From contig JAKLGJ010000002.1 in assembly GCA_022710715.1 (NCBI GenBank), positions 501,453-565,452 of the forward strand: a stretch of 64,000 bases of DNA, given 5' to 3'. A model generated the notes under the pieces. The model saw only the letters and a list, made by a program, of their open reading frames with translations. It was not told the origin of the DNA and made no database searches. Origin of the DNA: Candidatus Omnitrophota bacterium. Its GTDB lineage: Bacteria; Omnitrophota; Gorgyraeia; Gygaellales; Profunditerraquicolaceae. This document shows positions 9,966 to 19,268 of this stretch, one piece after another. Within the stretch, counting starts at the first letter, position 1; each line of letters starts with the position of its first letter. Position numbers and translations under genes: made by a program.

Positions 9966-10812
9966 AGAAGTGCATATTCAACGCATACTCAATCCTACTT
10001 CCATCGATCTGGGAGAGTATGTGATCAATCCCTACCTGGGCTGCGCTTACGGCTGTCTCTACTGTTATGTTCGCTCAAACCGCGTGGTCAGCCGGAAGGC
10101 GATGGAATGGGGAAGCTTTGTGGAAGTGCGGGTGAACGCCTGCCAGCGCCTGGAAAAAGAGCTGTTGCTGCGGCGGCCCGCCACCGTGTTGCTCGGTTCT
10201 ACCACCGAATGCTTTCAGCCTCTGGAAGAGCAGTATCATCTGACGCAACGGATACTCGAGATCCTTAATCGCAACGGGGTCGGCTACGTGATCCTGACGC
10301 GTTCGCCGGCGATCCTGAACAGTCTGGCGTTGCTCAAACAAGGCTGCTGCCGGCGGGTCTATTTTACCGTCAACGATTATCCCCGGGAATTCAAAAACAA
10401 ACTTGAACCGTTCAGTCCTTCATTTGAAGAGCGGCAGCAGGCAGTCAACGCTCTTCTGGATGAAGGCGTGCCGGTTATCCCGTATTTTTCTCCGGTGTTG
10501 CCGGGCATCTCCGAGTATCGGGATGTTTTCCGGCTATTCCTCCGCGCAGAGAGCGTTGAGTTCGAATGCCTGAATTTCAATCTGGGCAACATCGACGATA
10601 TTATGCAGGCTATCGGCGAGGTTGACCCCGGTCTGGCGCAGGAGTATGCTGTTATGCGCGCGAATAAACCCGACTATAGCCGCGCCTGGCAGGCGATACA
10701 GCAGGATATTGCCGACCGGGCCTCTGCGGCGCGCAAGCGTTTCGCCATACACGTGCATCAATTTGGAGGATACTTCCAGAACAGTTATGCTTCCGGCTCG
10801 ACGCGACACTGA
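9955..10812 (+). CDS. radical SAM protein, spore-photoproduct-lyase-like (COG1533) family
   Basis: CAYGCLYC CxxxCxxC motif near N-terminus; overlaps upstream gene by 11 nt. Confidence 0.65.
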   Translation: MDVKEVHIQRILNPTSIDLGEYVINPYLGCAYGCLYCYVRSNRVVSRKAMEWGSFVEVRVNACQRLEKELLLRRPATVLLGSTTECFQPLEEQYHLTQRILEILNRNGVGYVILTRSPAILNSLALLKQGCCRRVYFTVNDYPREFKNKLEPFSPSFEERQQAVNALLDEGVPVIPYFSPVLPGISEYRDVFRLFLRAESVEFECLNFNLGNIDDIMQAIGEVDPGLAQEYAVMRANKPDYSRAWQAIQQDIADRASAARKRFAIHVHQFGGYFQNSYASGSTRH

Positions 10813-12577
10813 AATCAATCCGGCTTTCCGGCGCATCGGTATCTGCGCGTTGCTGTTGTGCGCGGTTTTGTGCGCGTATCTGCCGTCTTTAACCGGTGGT
10901 TTTATCTGGGACGATCAGGCGTTGGTCAGGGATAACCTGCTCATCCGAAGATGGTCCGACGCCGGCAAGCTTTTTTCCGGCGATATCATCGCCGGCGCGG
11001 CCATGGATTCCTGTTTTTACCGGCCGTTACAGATGATCAGCTATCTGGTCGATTATTCATTGTGGCGCCTGCGGCCTGCGGGTTTCCATCTGACCGGTCT
11101 GGTGCTTCATGCTCTGGCCGCCTGCGCGGTATACGCCTTGATCCGGACATTCTGGCGGCGCAGAACCACCGCTCTGCTGGGCAGTTTGTTTTTTGCTTTG
11201 CATCCGGTACAGACCGAAGCCGTGGCGTATATTGCAGGGAGAGCGGACATTCTCTGCGGATTGTTCGTTATCTGCGCATTTATTTTCCATGTCCGTTTCG
11301 ACCGGGAAAAACGCCTGTTCGATCTGGCGGCAAGCGTTGCAGCGTTTGCCTGCGCTCTGTTATCCAAAGAATACGGACTGGTTTTTCTTTTGCTGATACC
11401 GCTTTATCATCTGATTTTTCGCAGGAAGCCCCGGTGGAGCGCGGTGCTCGCGCCGTGTCTGGTTACCGCGGCATATCTGATCGCGCGTTTTCAGGCGGTC
11501 TCCTGCGCGACAGGTGCCGTGCCGTCGTCGGATTTCGGGCAACGGCTGGCCGGATTCTTCGCTGCGCTGGCAACCTATGCGGGGTTGATCGTTGTCCCGG
11601 TCGATCTTCACATGGCTTACGGGCAGCGGATATTTTCCTGGATGCATCCGCAGGTTCTCGCCGGGATAGGTCTCGCCGCAGCGATCGCGGTCGCGTTGAT
11701 CATGCTGATGCGTCGTCAGCGCAGGGCGGAGGCGTTCTTCCTGGCCTGGTTCGCGGGCAGCCTTCTGCCGCAGTCCAATCTTTATCCGATCAACGCTTAT
11801 TGTGCGGAGCACTGGCTGTATCTGCCCCTGGCCGGGGTGTGCGCTCTGGTCGCTCATGCCGCGGCGGCGCTTTTGCGCGTTCGCAGGTTTTCGTGGCTGG
11901 TGCGTCTGTATCTGGCGATAACCCTCATCGTGCTTGCTGCGCTCACCTGGAAGCAGGCGCAAACCTGGCGAACCCCGGTGCCCTTCTTCGAGCGGACCGC
12001 GCGTTTCGCGCCCGAATCGTTTGCGGTGCAGATCGAGCTCGGCCGGGCCTACAGCGAACTGGGCAAGCACGATCTGGCGCTCGCCGCTTTTTCAAAAGCG
12101 CGCGACCTGGCGCCGACGAATCCCCGGGCGTATTCCAATCTTGCCGAAGCATATCAGCGCGCCGGCGATGAAAAACAGGCGGAAGCGCTGTATCTGCGGG
12201 CCATAGAGCTGGCGCCGGCGTACGAGAAAGCGTACATCAACCTTGGCGTACTCTATGAGGGCAGAAAAGCGTATGAGCGGGCCCGGGAAATGTATCTGGC
12301 GGCGGTGCGGATCAATCCGCGCGTGCGCGCGGCGCATTTCAATCTGGGAAATGTTTATCTGGCGCAAGCCCGATTCGATGATGCCGTCGCGTCTTACCGT
12401 CAGGCCGTGACGCTCGATCCGGATCACGGGCCGGCCTGGAATAATCTGGCCATAGCCTTGATCCAGTTAAAAGACTACCGGCAGGCGATATCGGCCTGCG
12501 ACCGCGCCGCGGCGCTGGGCGTGGTTAATCGCAGAGTGCAGGACAGTCTGCGACCTTACCGGAGCGGTCAGAGATGA
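10787..12577 (+). CDS. TMTC-like membrane protein: DUF1736 polytopic (GT-C-like) N-terminal domain + C-terminal TPR repeats
   Basis: FIWDDQALVRDN..YRPL motif typical of DUF1736; many TM helices; 4-5 TPR repeats at C-terminus. Confidence 0.65.
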   Translation: MLPARRDTEINPAFRRIGICALLLCAVLCAYLPSLTGGFIWDDQALVRDNLLIRRWSDAGKLFSGDIIAGAAMDSCFYRPLQMISYLVDYSLWRLRPAGFHLTGLVLHALAACAVYALIRTFWRRRTTALLGSLFFALHPVQTEAVAYIAGRADILCGLFVICAFIFHVRFDREKRLFDLAASVAAFACALLSKEYGLVFLLLIPLYHLIFRRKPRWSAVLAPCLVTAAYLIARFQAVSCATGAVPSSDFGQRLAGFFAALATYAGLIVVPVDLHMAYGQRIFSWMHPQVLAGIGLAAAIAVALIMLMRRQRRAEAFFLAWFAGSLLPQSNLYPINAYCAEHWLYLPLAGVCALVAHAAAALLRVRRFSWLVRLYLAITLIVLAALTWKQAQTWRTPVPFFERTARFAPESFAVQIELGRAYSELGKHDLALAAFSKARDLAPTNPRAYSNLAEAYQRAGDEKQAEALYLRAIELAPAYEKAYINLGVLYEGRKAYERAREMYLAAVRINPRVRAAHFNLGNVYLAQARFDDAVASYRQAVTLDPDHGPAWNNLAIALIQLKDYRQAISACDRAAALGVVNRRVQDSLRPYRSGQR

Positions 12578-13323
12578 GTGTTTTTAAAATTCTTTTCGGC
12601 ATTGAGGAAAAAGAGGTGCGGTCCTGCTGTGTGGTGATGCCGCTGATCGCTCCGGGTATTCTGGAGCAGTGCGGAGTGGGAAAGCTTGCCTGCGGTCGAT
12701 TATATGCTGCCGCCAGTAACAGCCATCTGACCGTGATCGCTGCCCGGGTGGGCGCGGGATTCGTCGGAGACGCCGTGCTCTATCTCAAAGATACCGGCTG
12801 CCGGACGGTTTTCTTATTCGGTTCCTGCGGGCTGGTCAAACAGACCGCGCGGCTGCACATCGGTGCGACGGTCGTTCCCTCGTCCTGTCGCGCCCAGGAA
12901 AGTTTTTCCCGGACGCTCGCAGGAGCGCGTATTCCGGCCGGGACCGTCTCGCCGGATGCGCGGCTCTACGCCGCCTTCAGGCGTTTTGCCGCCCGGAAAG
13001 CCGTGGGCGTCAGGTGCTTGACGGTTGCATCCCTGAAATTGGAAGAGCAGGCGCTGCCGGAATATCTCAAGGCAGGCATTGAAGCGGTGGATATGGAGTG
13101 TTCGGCTTTCTTTGCCGCCGCCGCGCATGCAGGATTGCGGTCGCTGGCGCTGTTTTACGCCGGCGATATCCTTAAAGTCAAACCGTTTTACCGCGAGCAG
13201 CGGGCTGCGGAGAGACATGCGCTGACAAGCGGTATACGCACCACGGCGGATTTATTGATCGGGTTCGCGGCAGAAGCGTCTGCGCACAATTACCAGGTGG
13301 GGGAAGGTCTACCGAAGAAATAG
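12574..13323 (+). CDS. PNP_UDP_1 phosphorylase-superfamily protein (MTA nucleosidase / futalosine hydrolase-like)
   Basis: 249 aa; fold-level resemblance only; ATGA overlap with upstream gene. Confidence 0.45.
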   Translation: MSVFKILFGIEEKEVRSCCVVMPLIAPGILEQCGVGKLACGRLYAAASNSHLTVIAARVGAGFVGDAVLYLKDTGCRTVFLFGSCGLVKQTARLHIGATVVPSSCRAQESFSRTLAGARIPAGTVSPDARLYAAFRRFAARKAVGVRCLTVASLKLEEQALPEYLKAGIEAVDMECSAFFAAAAHAGLRSLALFYAGDILKVKPFYREQRAAERHALTSGIRTTADLLIGFAAEASAHNYQVGEGLPKK

Positions 13324-14429
13324 CCCTGGGCAAATTCCACGCCCAGGGTAAGCAGGCAGGCGTACTCTTCCTGGGTTTCCACGCCTTCGGCGATCAGGCG
13401 GCTGTTAATCTTCCGGGAGAGATCGCAGATGACCTGGATCAGGCTTTGTTTAACGATATCCAGGTGCACGTTCCGGATAAGGCTCATATCGACTTTGATA
13501 AACTGCGGTTTTAATTCCGCAATCGATTTCAGACTGGCGTACCCTTCGCCCAGGTCGTCGATGACGATCATCACGCCCATGGGTTTCAGATCGTTCAAAT
13601 TGCTGGCCAGCCGGGTAAAGTTGGAGATGAAGGTGCGCTCGGTTATCTCCAAACAGATCTGGGAAGCAGGAATGGCGGAACCGGAGAGAAATTCCAGGTT
13701 TTTCACGTAATCCGAATTGATCACCGCCGGGTCGGTATTCAAAAACAACAACGCTTTCTTGACGAATCCGGCGGCGCGTTCTACTGCCAGGGAAAGGCAG
13801 AGCGAATCCAGCTGGAAAGACATGCCGGCTTCTTCCGCCAGCGCGAACAGATTGACCGGGTTTTCCAGGAAGGTGCCTTGCGGGCCTCTGGCCAGCGCTT
13901 CGTAGCCGAACGGTTCCTTGTTCTTCATGATCACGATCGGCTGAAAAAGAGTGCGGATGGATTTCTGTTCGATGATGGTGCGCAGCTGCTGAATTTTCTC
14001 GTTGCGCTCCTGCATGGTGAGGGAACCGGTGATATTCGCCGTCCGTTGCAGGATCGCTTTTATCCTGACCAGTATTTCTTCAAAGGGGAAATGTTTACCG
14101 ATATAATCCGCCACTCCCAGGTTAAAAGCCTCGATCTTGTCCAGGATCTTATCCTGGCAGGTGAGCATGATAATGGGGATATGGGTGGTGTGCAGATTTT
14201 CTTTGAGGGTTTTGCAGACTTCATGGCCGCTCATTCCCGGCATATTCAAATCAAGCAGCACCAGGTCGGGATTGAGCAGCCCGGCTTTTTCGATCCCTTC
14301 TTGAGGCAGGGCGGCGAGGACAACCCGGAATTTTGCGTTCTCCAGAGCGAAACGCATCATTTCGGCGAAATCTCTCTCGTCGTCAATAATCAGGATAAGC
14401 TTTTTGGTTTCCATAAGGGTAATCGCCAC
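13290..14429 (-). CDS. response regulator receiver + EAL domain (c-di-GMP phosphodiesterase)
   Basis: REC (LLDLNMPGMSG..), EAL motifs (EALAR, DDLGEGYAS, EGVET). Confidence 0.9.
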   Translation of the reverse strand: MAITLMETKKLILIIDDERDFAEMMRFALENAKFRVVLAALPQEGIEKAGLLNPDLVLLDLNMPGMSGHEVCKTLKENLHTTHIPIIMLTCQDKILDKIEAFNLGVADYIGKHFPFEEILVRIKAILQRTANITGSLTMQERNEKIQQLRTIIEQKSIRTLFQPIVIMKNKEPFGYEALARGPQGTFLENPVNLFALAEEAGMSFQLDSLCLSLAVERAAGFVKKALLFLNTDPAVINSDYVKNLEFLSGSAIPASQICLEITERTFISNFTRLASNLNDLKPMGVMIVIDDLGEGYASLKSIAELKPQFIKVDMSLIRNVHLDIVKQSLIQVICDLSRKINSRLIAEGVETQEEYACLLTLGVEFAQGYFFGRPSPTW

Positions 14430-14502
14430 CTTTTAGTATACTGGAAATCCGGAAAAAAGAAATAGATTTTTGCAGGGAGATAAAGAAAGCGCAGGTGCAG
14501 CC

Positions 14503-15018
14503 ATGAAAGCGGCGATCGAAGTCAAAAAGGGCGATATTACCCGCGAGCAGGTGGAGGCTATCGTCAATGCCGCAAATACCTCGCTGCTCGGCGGAGGAGG
14601 AGTCGACGGCGCGATACATCGGGCTGCCGGACCGGAATTGCTGAAAGAGTGCCGGACGCTGGGAGGGTGCGAAACCGGTCAAGCCAGGATAACCGGCGGA
14701 TACAACCTGCCCGCGGATTTTGTCATCCATACCGTCGGGCCGGTCTGGCATGGGGGCGACCGGAATGAGGATGCGCTTCTGGCAAACTGTTACCGCAACT
14801 GTCTTCTGCTGGCCGCAGAGCGCGGGATAAAGACCATCGCTTTTCCCGCTATCAGCACCGGCGTGTACCGGTTCCCGCTGGAACGGGCCGCGCGTATCGC
14901 GGTGGCGGTTGTGCGGGAGACGCTTGCCCGCACTCCCGGGATCGAGAAAGTGATATTTGTTTGTTTCAACGAAGAAACGCGCGCTGCGTATGCCGGGCTG
15001 CTGGCGGGCGGCGGATAG
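14503..15018 (+). CDS. macro domain protein (O-acetyl-ADP-ribose deacetylase-like)
   Basis: [30 protein letters not shown] motifs. Confidence 0.9.
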   Translation: MKAAIEVKKGDITREQVEAIVNAANTSLLGGGGVDGAIHRAAGPELLKECRTLGGCETGQARITGGYNLPADFVIHTVGPVWHGGDRNEDALLANCYRNCLLLAAERGIKTIAFPAISTGVYRFPLERAARIAVAVVRETLARTPGIEKVIFVCFNEETRAAYAGLLAGGG

Positions 15019-15085
15019 ATTTTGTTTTGCCAGTCCGGGGTTTTCTAGTATAATGATGCTCAAGCGGCTTTAACCGGGAGGTCAT

Positions 15086-15244
15086 GTGAAGATCGGCACG
15101 CATCAGGTTCAGACGTTCAAGATCCGGAACAGAAAAGGTTATGCTGCAGTCAGCGACGGTCATCTGACCGAAGGCTCGACGCTGGCTCAAGCGCTGGAGC
15201 GGATGGAGAAAGCTCTGCGCAGAACCCGGACAAAAACGAAATAG
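15086..15244 (+). CDS. small HicB/UPF0150-like protein (orphan, no HicA partner seen)
   Basis: GGGAGG RBS, GTG start; 52 aa; pattern GYAAVSDGHLTEGSTLAQALERMEKAL. Confidence 0.35.
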   Translation: MKIGTHQVQTFKIRNRKGYAAVSDGHLTEGSTLAQALERMEKALRRTRTKTK

Positions 15245-15255
15245 CAAATGGCGAT

Positions 15256-15648
15256 ATGAAGAAAAAAGAAGACCTTAATTTCGAAATTGCATTTTTCGAA
15301 GGCGTGCTTTCCTTTGCGCCGGATTTCACCGAAGCTCTTTTCTGCCTCGGCGATGCCTATTCGAAAAAAGGCCGGTTTGAAGAAGGTCTGATCATTGATC
15401 TGCGTTTGAATAAGCTGCTGCCCGCAGACGAGACTGCCCGCTATAATCTCGCCTGCGATTATTCCCTCCTTAAGCAGCCGGATGCCTGTCTGGCTGCTCT
15501 GCATCAGGCGATCGAACTGGGATACCGGGATTTTTCTTTTATGCACAAGGATCCCGACCTGGCTTTCATCCGCACCGATCCGCGTTACCAGCAGTTGCTC
15601 GCTCGCTGGCTTACCCGAGAACGCGGGGTTAATCAAAAAATCCAGTAA
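15256..15648 (+). CDS. TPR-repeat protein
   Basis: 130 aa, TPR-like helical repeats. Confidence 0.6.
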   Translation: MKKKEDLNFEIAFFEGVLSFAPDFTEALFCLGDAYSKKGRFEEGLIIDLRLNKLLPADETARYNLACDYSLLKQPDACLAALHQAIELGYRDFSFMHKDPDLAFIRTDPRYQQLLARWLTRERGVNQKIQ

Positions 15649-15656
15649 TCGTTATC

Positions 15657-15716
15657 GGGGACGTTCCCCAAGGGGACACCCCTGTTAACAGGGGTGTCCC
15701 CTTGGGGAACGTCCCC
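15657..15716. repeat. perfect 60-nt palindrome (30-bp arms, GTTAAC centre) built of G4/C4 mini-hairpins
   Basis: ggggacgttccccaaggggacacccctgtt|aacaggggtgtccccttggggaacgtcccc is its own reverse complement; lies just after the TPR gene stop. Confidence 0.9.
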
Positions 15717-15759
15717 ATTGAAATTTGCAGAAAATATGTTATCCTTTTAGTGGAAATTG

Positions 15760-16015
15760 ACACTCTGTCAGTTTACCTGCTGATAAAGGCAAACTAGCAG
15801 TAATGCTGGGACGTTCAGGATGCCCTGAAAGGGCAGACTGAACCCCGCAAGTCTTGTTCAAAGCGAGCTTGCGGGGCAAAGCGACAGTCCCACGTGTTCG
15901 TGCAGGCACCCGGCGCAATCGGAAGATGCGCCAGTGCATTGCTCGTGCAGTGGGAGGCTGCGTTGCCAAAGGGGTAAGCCATCATGCAACCCTAAGAGCC
16001 CCTTAGGGTTTTTTA
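15760..16015 (+). ncRNA. candidate structured ncRNA (possibly SRP RNA/ffs-like), unclassified
   Basis: about 420-nt gap with no credible ORF; TTGACA -35-like at 15747; several strong hairpins incl. ccccgcaag..cttgcgggg and GNRA-capped helix gttcag-gatg-ccctGAAAggg-caga-ctgaac; ends in an intrinsic terminator. Confidence 0.35.
15990..16015 (+). terminator. intrinsic terminator (ccctaag-agccc-cttaggg + T6)
   Basis: 7-bp GC stem then tttttt. Confidence 0.7.
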
Positions 16016-16026
16016 TCTCCCTTTGA

Positions 16027-16058
16027 AAACCCGGTGAAAGTTTGCCGGGTTTTTTTTG
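16027..16058 (+). terminator. second intrinsic terminator (acccgg..ccgggt + T8)
   Basis: hairpin then tttttttt; immediately upstream of RBS of next gene. Confidence 0.6.
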
Positions 16059-16069
16059 TGGGAGGGCTG

Positions 16070-16531
16070 ATGGCTCAAAGACTGCTTCTGGCAACGCTCA
16101 TAACCCTGGTTGCGGCGGTTTATCCCGCGTCCCGCGGGTTCGCTCAAGTGAACATCGATTTTCAGGTTATCCAGTCCATCGAATCGGGAGGTAACCCCGC
16201 GGCCTTCAACGATCGTACCCGTTGTTACGGTCTCTATCAGATTTCCGAAATCTGCCTCCAGGATTACAATCAGGTCAACGGCACGCAGTACCTGCCCGGA
16301 GATCTGTTCAATCCCGGTGTGAATGCCAGCATTGCCGGATGGTATTTCGAACGGATCAATTTCATGCTCGATCATTACGCCGTTCCCCGGAACCTGACTA
16401 CGGTTATCGCCTGCTACAACTGGGGCATCGGTAACGTGGTGAAGTGGTATCGCCAGGGAGCTGATTTCGCAGCACTTCCCTGGGAAACCCGCGCGTACAT
16501 TCAAAAATACCTTTCCTTGACCGCCCGATAG
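16070..16531 (+). CDS. lytic transglycosylase (SLT domain) with signal peptide
   Basis: ESGGNPAA..GLYQI SLT family-1 motifs; GGAGGG RBS; listed ORF start 16034 lies inside the terminator. Confidence 0.8.
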   Translation: MAQRLLLATLITLVAAVYPASRGFAQVNIDFQVIQSIESGGNPAAFNDRTRCYGLYQISEICLQDYNQVNGTQYLPGDLFNPGVNASIAGWYFERINFMLDHYAVPRNLTTVIACYNWGIGNVVKWYRQGADFAALPWETRAYIQKYLSLTAR

Positions 16532-16644
16532 TTTCGTTACTTCCTCTCCCCTGATACTTCAAAGCATACCGGCCGATTTTTTTTGTTTATTTGACTCCTG
16601 AAAATGACTATAATGAGAGATACGAGACCTTAACCAGGAGGCGA

Positions 16645-17631
16645 ATGATGAATGAATCCAGCCACAATCATTTAGTATGGAACAAGCCCGTCACCCGGCG
16701 CGGATTGATGCAATTCGGTCTGGGCAGTCTGTTGTCTTTATGCGTCAGTCAGCTGATCCCCCCGGCGGTATTTGCCCAGCTTGCCGGCGTAACCTCGAAT
16801 GGCCGCGTCAAAAAGCAGATCAAGGGTGATCACGACCTGGCGGCAGTTCAGGGGGACGACCCGGCAGTGATTACCCGTAAGGCGGTGGAAGCGATGGGCG
16901 GGATGAGCCGTTTCGTGAAAAAGGACGCGGTGGTGGTGGTCAAGCCGAACATGGCCTGGGACAGAGCTCCGGAATATGCCGCGAATACCAATCCCCAGGT
17001 TGTTGCCACTCTGGTCCAGATGTGTTATGAATGCGGCGCGCGCCGGGTCAATGTTTTTGACAATCCCTGCAACAGCGCCCAACGGGTGTACGAGAATACC
17101 GGTATCATGCGCGCGGCGAAAGAGAAAGGCGCCAGAGTGTACTTCATGGATTCCTGGAATTTTCTCAAGGCCCGGTTCGCCTATGACAGCCCCATGCGCG
17201 ACTGGCCGGTTTTCCGTGACGCCATCGAATGCGATACGTTCATCAACGTGCCGATAGTCAAACATCACGGGCTGACCGGTTTGACGCTTTCGATGAAGAA
17301 TCTCATGGGCGTCTGCGGCGGGACCCGCGGCCTCATACATCTCGATATAGGCAGAAAGCTGGTCGATATCACCGATTTCATCGCTCCGGATTTAACCGTG
17401 GTCGACGCGTTCCGGGTGCTCATGCGTCACGGGCCCAGCGGCGGAAGCCTGGACGATGTAGCGCTCAAGCGGCAGGTATTTGCCGCAACCGATCCCACGC
17501 TTGCCGACGTGTACGCCTGCCGGATAATGGATGTCGATTACAACACCATCCCTTATATTGCGGAAGCGATAGACCGGGGAATGGGCGCTTACGATCTCGG
17601 CGCCGCCGATATCGTCGAACTGAAAGCCTGA
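16645..17631 (+). CDS. Tat-signal DUF362-domain protein (periplasmic)
   Basis: CCAGGAGG RBS; twin-arginine motif TRRGLMQFGLGSL; DUF362 core (VVVKPNMAWDRAPEYAANTNP...). Confidence 0.7.
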   Translation: MMNESSHNHLVWNKPVTRRGLMQFGLGSLLSLCVSQLIPPAVFAQLAGVTSNGRVKKQIKGDHDLAAVQGDDPAVITRKAVEAMGGMSRFVKKDAVVVVKPNMAWDRAPEYAANTNPQVVATLVQMCYECGARRVNVFDNPCNSAQRVYENTGIMRAAKEKGARVYFMDSWNFLKARFAYDSPMRDWPVFRDAIECDTFINVPIVKHHGLTGLTLSMKNLMGVCGGTRGLIHLDIGRKLVDITDFIAPDLTVVDAFRVLMRHGPSGGSLDDVALKRQVFAATDPTLADVYACRIMDVDYNTIPYIAEAIDRGMGAYDLGAADIVELKA

Positions 17632-17638
17632 TGCCGCC

Positions 17639-19225
17639 ATGAAAAAAATGATCGTGCTGCGGCGTTGTTCGCAGGCAGCATCCGTATCGTTGTGCATGTA
17701 TATCCTCTGGTCAACCACGTACCCTCTGCGCGGGAACGTGGCGCCCGCCATTCTTTTTAAACTCGACCCGTTGATCATGATCCTGACTTCCGTCAGCGAG
17801 CGGCTGCTCGTATCCGGGATCGTCCTGGCTTTGTTCATGCTGGCGCTGACTGCGGTCCTGGGAAGGTTTTTCTGCGGCTGGGTGTGCCCTCTGGGCGCCG
17901 TCATTGACGTCGCGGGGGCGCTGCGCCGATCGCGGCAGCCGGATGACCGGAGCAACGAGCGCCGGAGCCGCCCGAAGTTTATCGTGCTGCTGGCGTTGCT
18001 GATCTGCGCAGCCGCGGGGATCCAGCTGGCCTGGGCGGTGGATCCGGAGGTCATCTTCGCCCGGTTCATTTCGCTGAACCTTATTCCCGGGGCGACAGCG
18101 GCGGCAGACGGACTATTTGCCTGGTTGATCCAGACGTTCGGTTTCTACGGTCCGGTCTACGATTTTTACCGCCAGCTTACAATGTCCGTGTTGGGGGTTA
18201 AAGTATATTACTTCGCCCATGCTGTTTTGATCCTGGCGATGTTCGTCGCGGTTGTCGGCATGTCGCTGGTGTTTTCACGTTTCTGGTGCCGGACGCTCTG
18301 CCCTCTGGGGGCGCTCTATGCTCTGTTCGCCCGCCGGACTTTACTGCGCCGGACAGTGCAACCCTGTGCGCAATGCATGCGTTGCCGCACCGATTGCCGC
18401 ATGGGGGCGATCAAAGAAGATCTTTCTTATGCGCCGGGCGAATGCGTTCTCTGCATGGATTGTCTGTACCAGTGCTCGACGAGAGAGATCCGGTTCGGTT
18501 TCAGCCGGGGCGGCGCTGCCCGTCGGCTGCCGGAAGAATCCGGGGGGATTACCCGCAGGCAGTTTTTACTGCTGGGTGCGTTAGCTTTAGGCAGCGCGGG
18601 AGCGGGAGAGTATCCCCAGACGCAGGAAAGCGCGCCGGACAGCGCAGGGGGAGCGCAGGAAATCAAACAGGTTTTTCCGGGCAGGGTTATCCGTCCGCCG
18701 GCAGCTTTGCGGGAGCGGGCATTCCTTAATCGGTGCGTCCGCTGCGGCAATTGCATGAAGGTCTGTATCACCAACGGACTGCAGCCGGCGCTTTTTCAAA
18801 GCGGATATGCCGGGATATGGACGCCGCAACTGGTTTTCGAGATCGGTTACTGCGAGTATCAATGCACGCTGTGCGGTCAGGTCTGTCCTACCGGCGCCAT
18901 CCCGCGGTTGAGCGTGGAAGAAAAGCGAAAGACGCGCCTGGGGCTGGCGCGTATCGATCGCGCGCTCTGTCTGCCCTGGAGAAAGAATAAGCAGTGTATC
19001 GTCTGCGAAGAACATTGCCCGGTATCCAACAAAGCCATCGTTTTCAAAAAAACGCTGATCGACGGAAAGCAGGTATTCCGGCCGTATGTCAACCTGGATC
19101 GGTGTATCGGCTGCGGCATCTGTCAGACGAAATGTCCGGTTCGGCCTGTCCGGGCGATAAAGATATATCCGGTCAGGGAAACCCGCAGCGAAGGCAGTAT
19201 TCAAAGTGCACAAAAGCTGGTATAA
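17639..19225 (+). CDS. NapH/MauN-like membrane polyferredoxin (two CxxxCP TM motifs + multiple 4Fe-4S ferredoxin motifs)
   Basis: FFCGWVCPLGA and FWCRTLCPLGA; six CxxCxxC(x3)C(P)-type clusters at C-terminus. Confidence 0.75.
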   Translation: MKKMIVLRRCSQAASVSLCMYILWSTTYPLRGNVAPAILFKLDPLIMILTSVSERLLVSGIVLALFMLALTAVLGRFFCGWVCPLGAVIDVAGALRRSRQPDDRSNERRSRPKFIVLLALLICAAAGIQLAWAVDPEVIFARFISLNLIPGATAAADGLFAWLIQTFGFYGPVYDFYRQLTMSVLGVKVYYFAHAVLILAMFVAVVGMSLVFSRFWCRTLCPLGALYALFARRTLLRRTVQPCAQCMRCRTDCRMGAIKEDLSYAPGECVLCMDCLYQCSTREIRFGFSRGGAARRLPEESGGITRRQFLLLGALALGSAGAGEYPQTQESAPDSAGGAQEIKQVFPGRVIRPPAALRERAFLNRCVRCGNCMKVCITNGLQPALFQSGYAGIWTPQLVFEIGYCEYQCTLCGQVCPTGAIPRLSVEEKRKTRLGLARIDRALCLPWRKNKQCIVCEEHCPVSNKAIVFKKTLIDGKQVFRPYVNLDRCIGCGICQTKCPVRPVRAIKIYPVRETRSEGSIQSAQKLV

Positions 19226-19268
19226 TAGCCTGGAGAGCGATAAGGGAAAATCCTCCGGGTACAACACA

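Noticed and set aside
10951-12171. 406-aa alternate-frame ORF inside the TMTC-like gene
   Set aside because: The translation is extremely Arg/Ser/Gly-rich with no domain features. The in-frame TMTC-like reading has clear TM/TPR structure
15740-16016. Possibility that the intergenic ncRNA candidate is RNase P RNA or tmRNA
   Set aside because: There is no GGAAAGUCCGGGC / ACAGAACCCGGCUUA RNase P motif, no tRNA-like 3' end (GGUUCGAAUCC...CCA) and no tag ORF. It is also too short for RNase P
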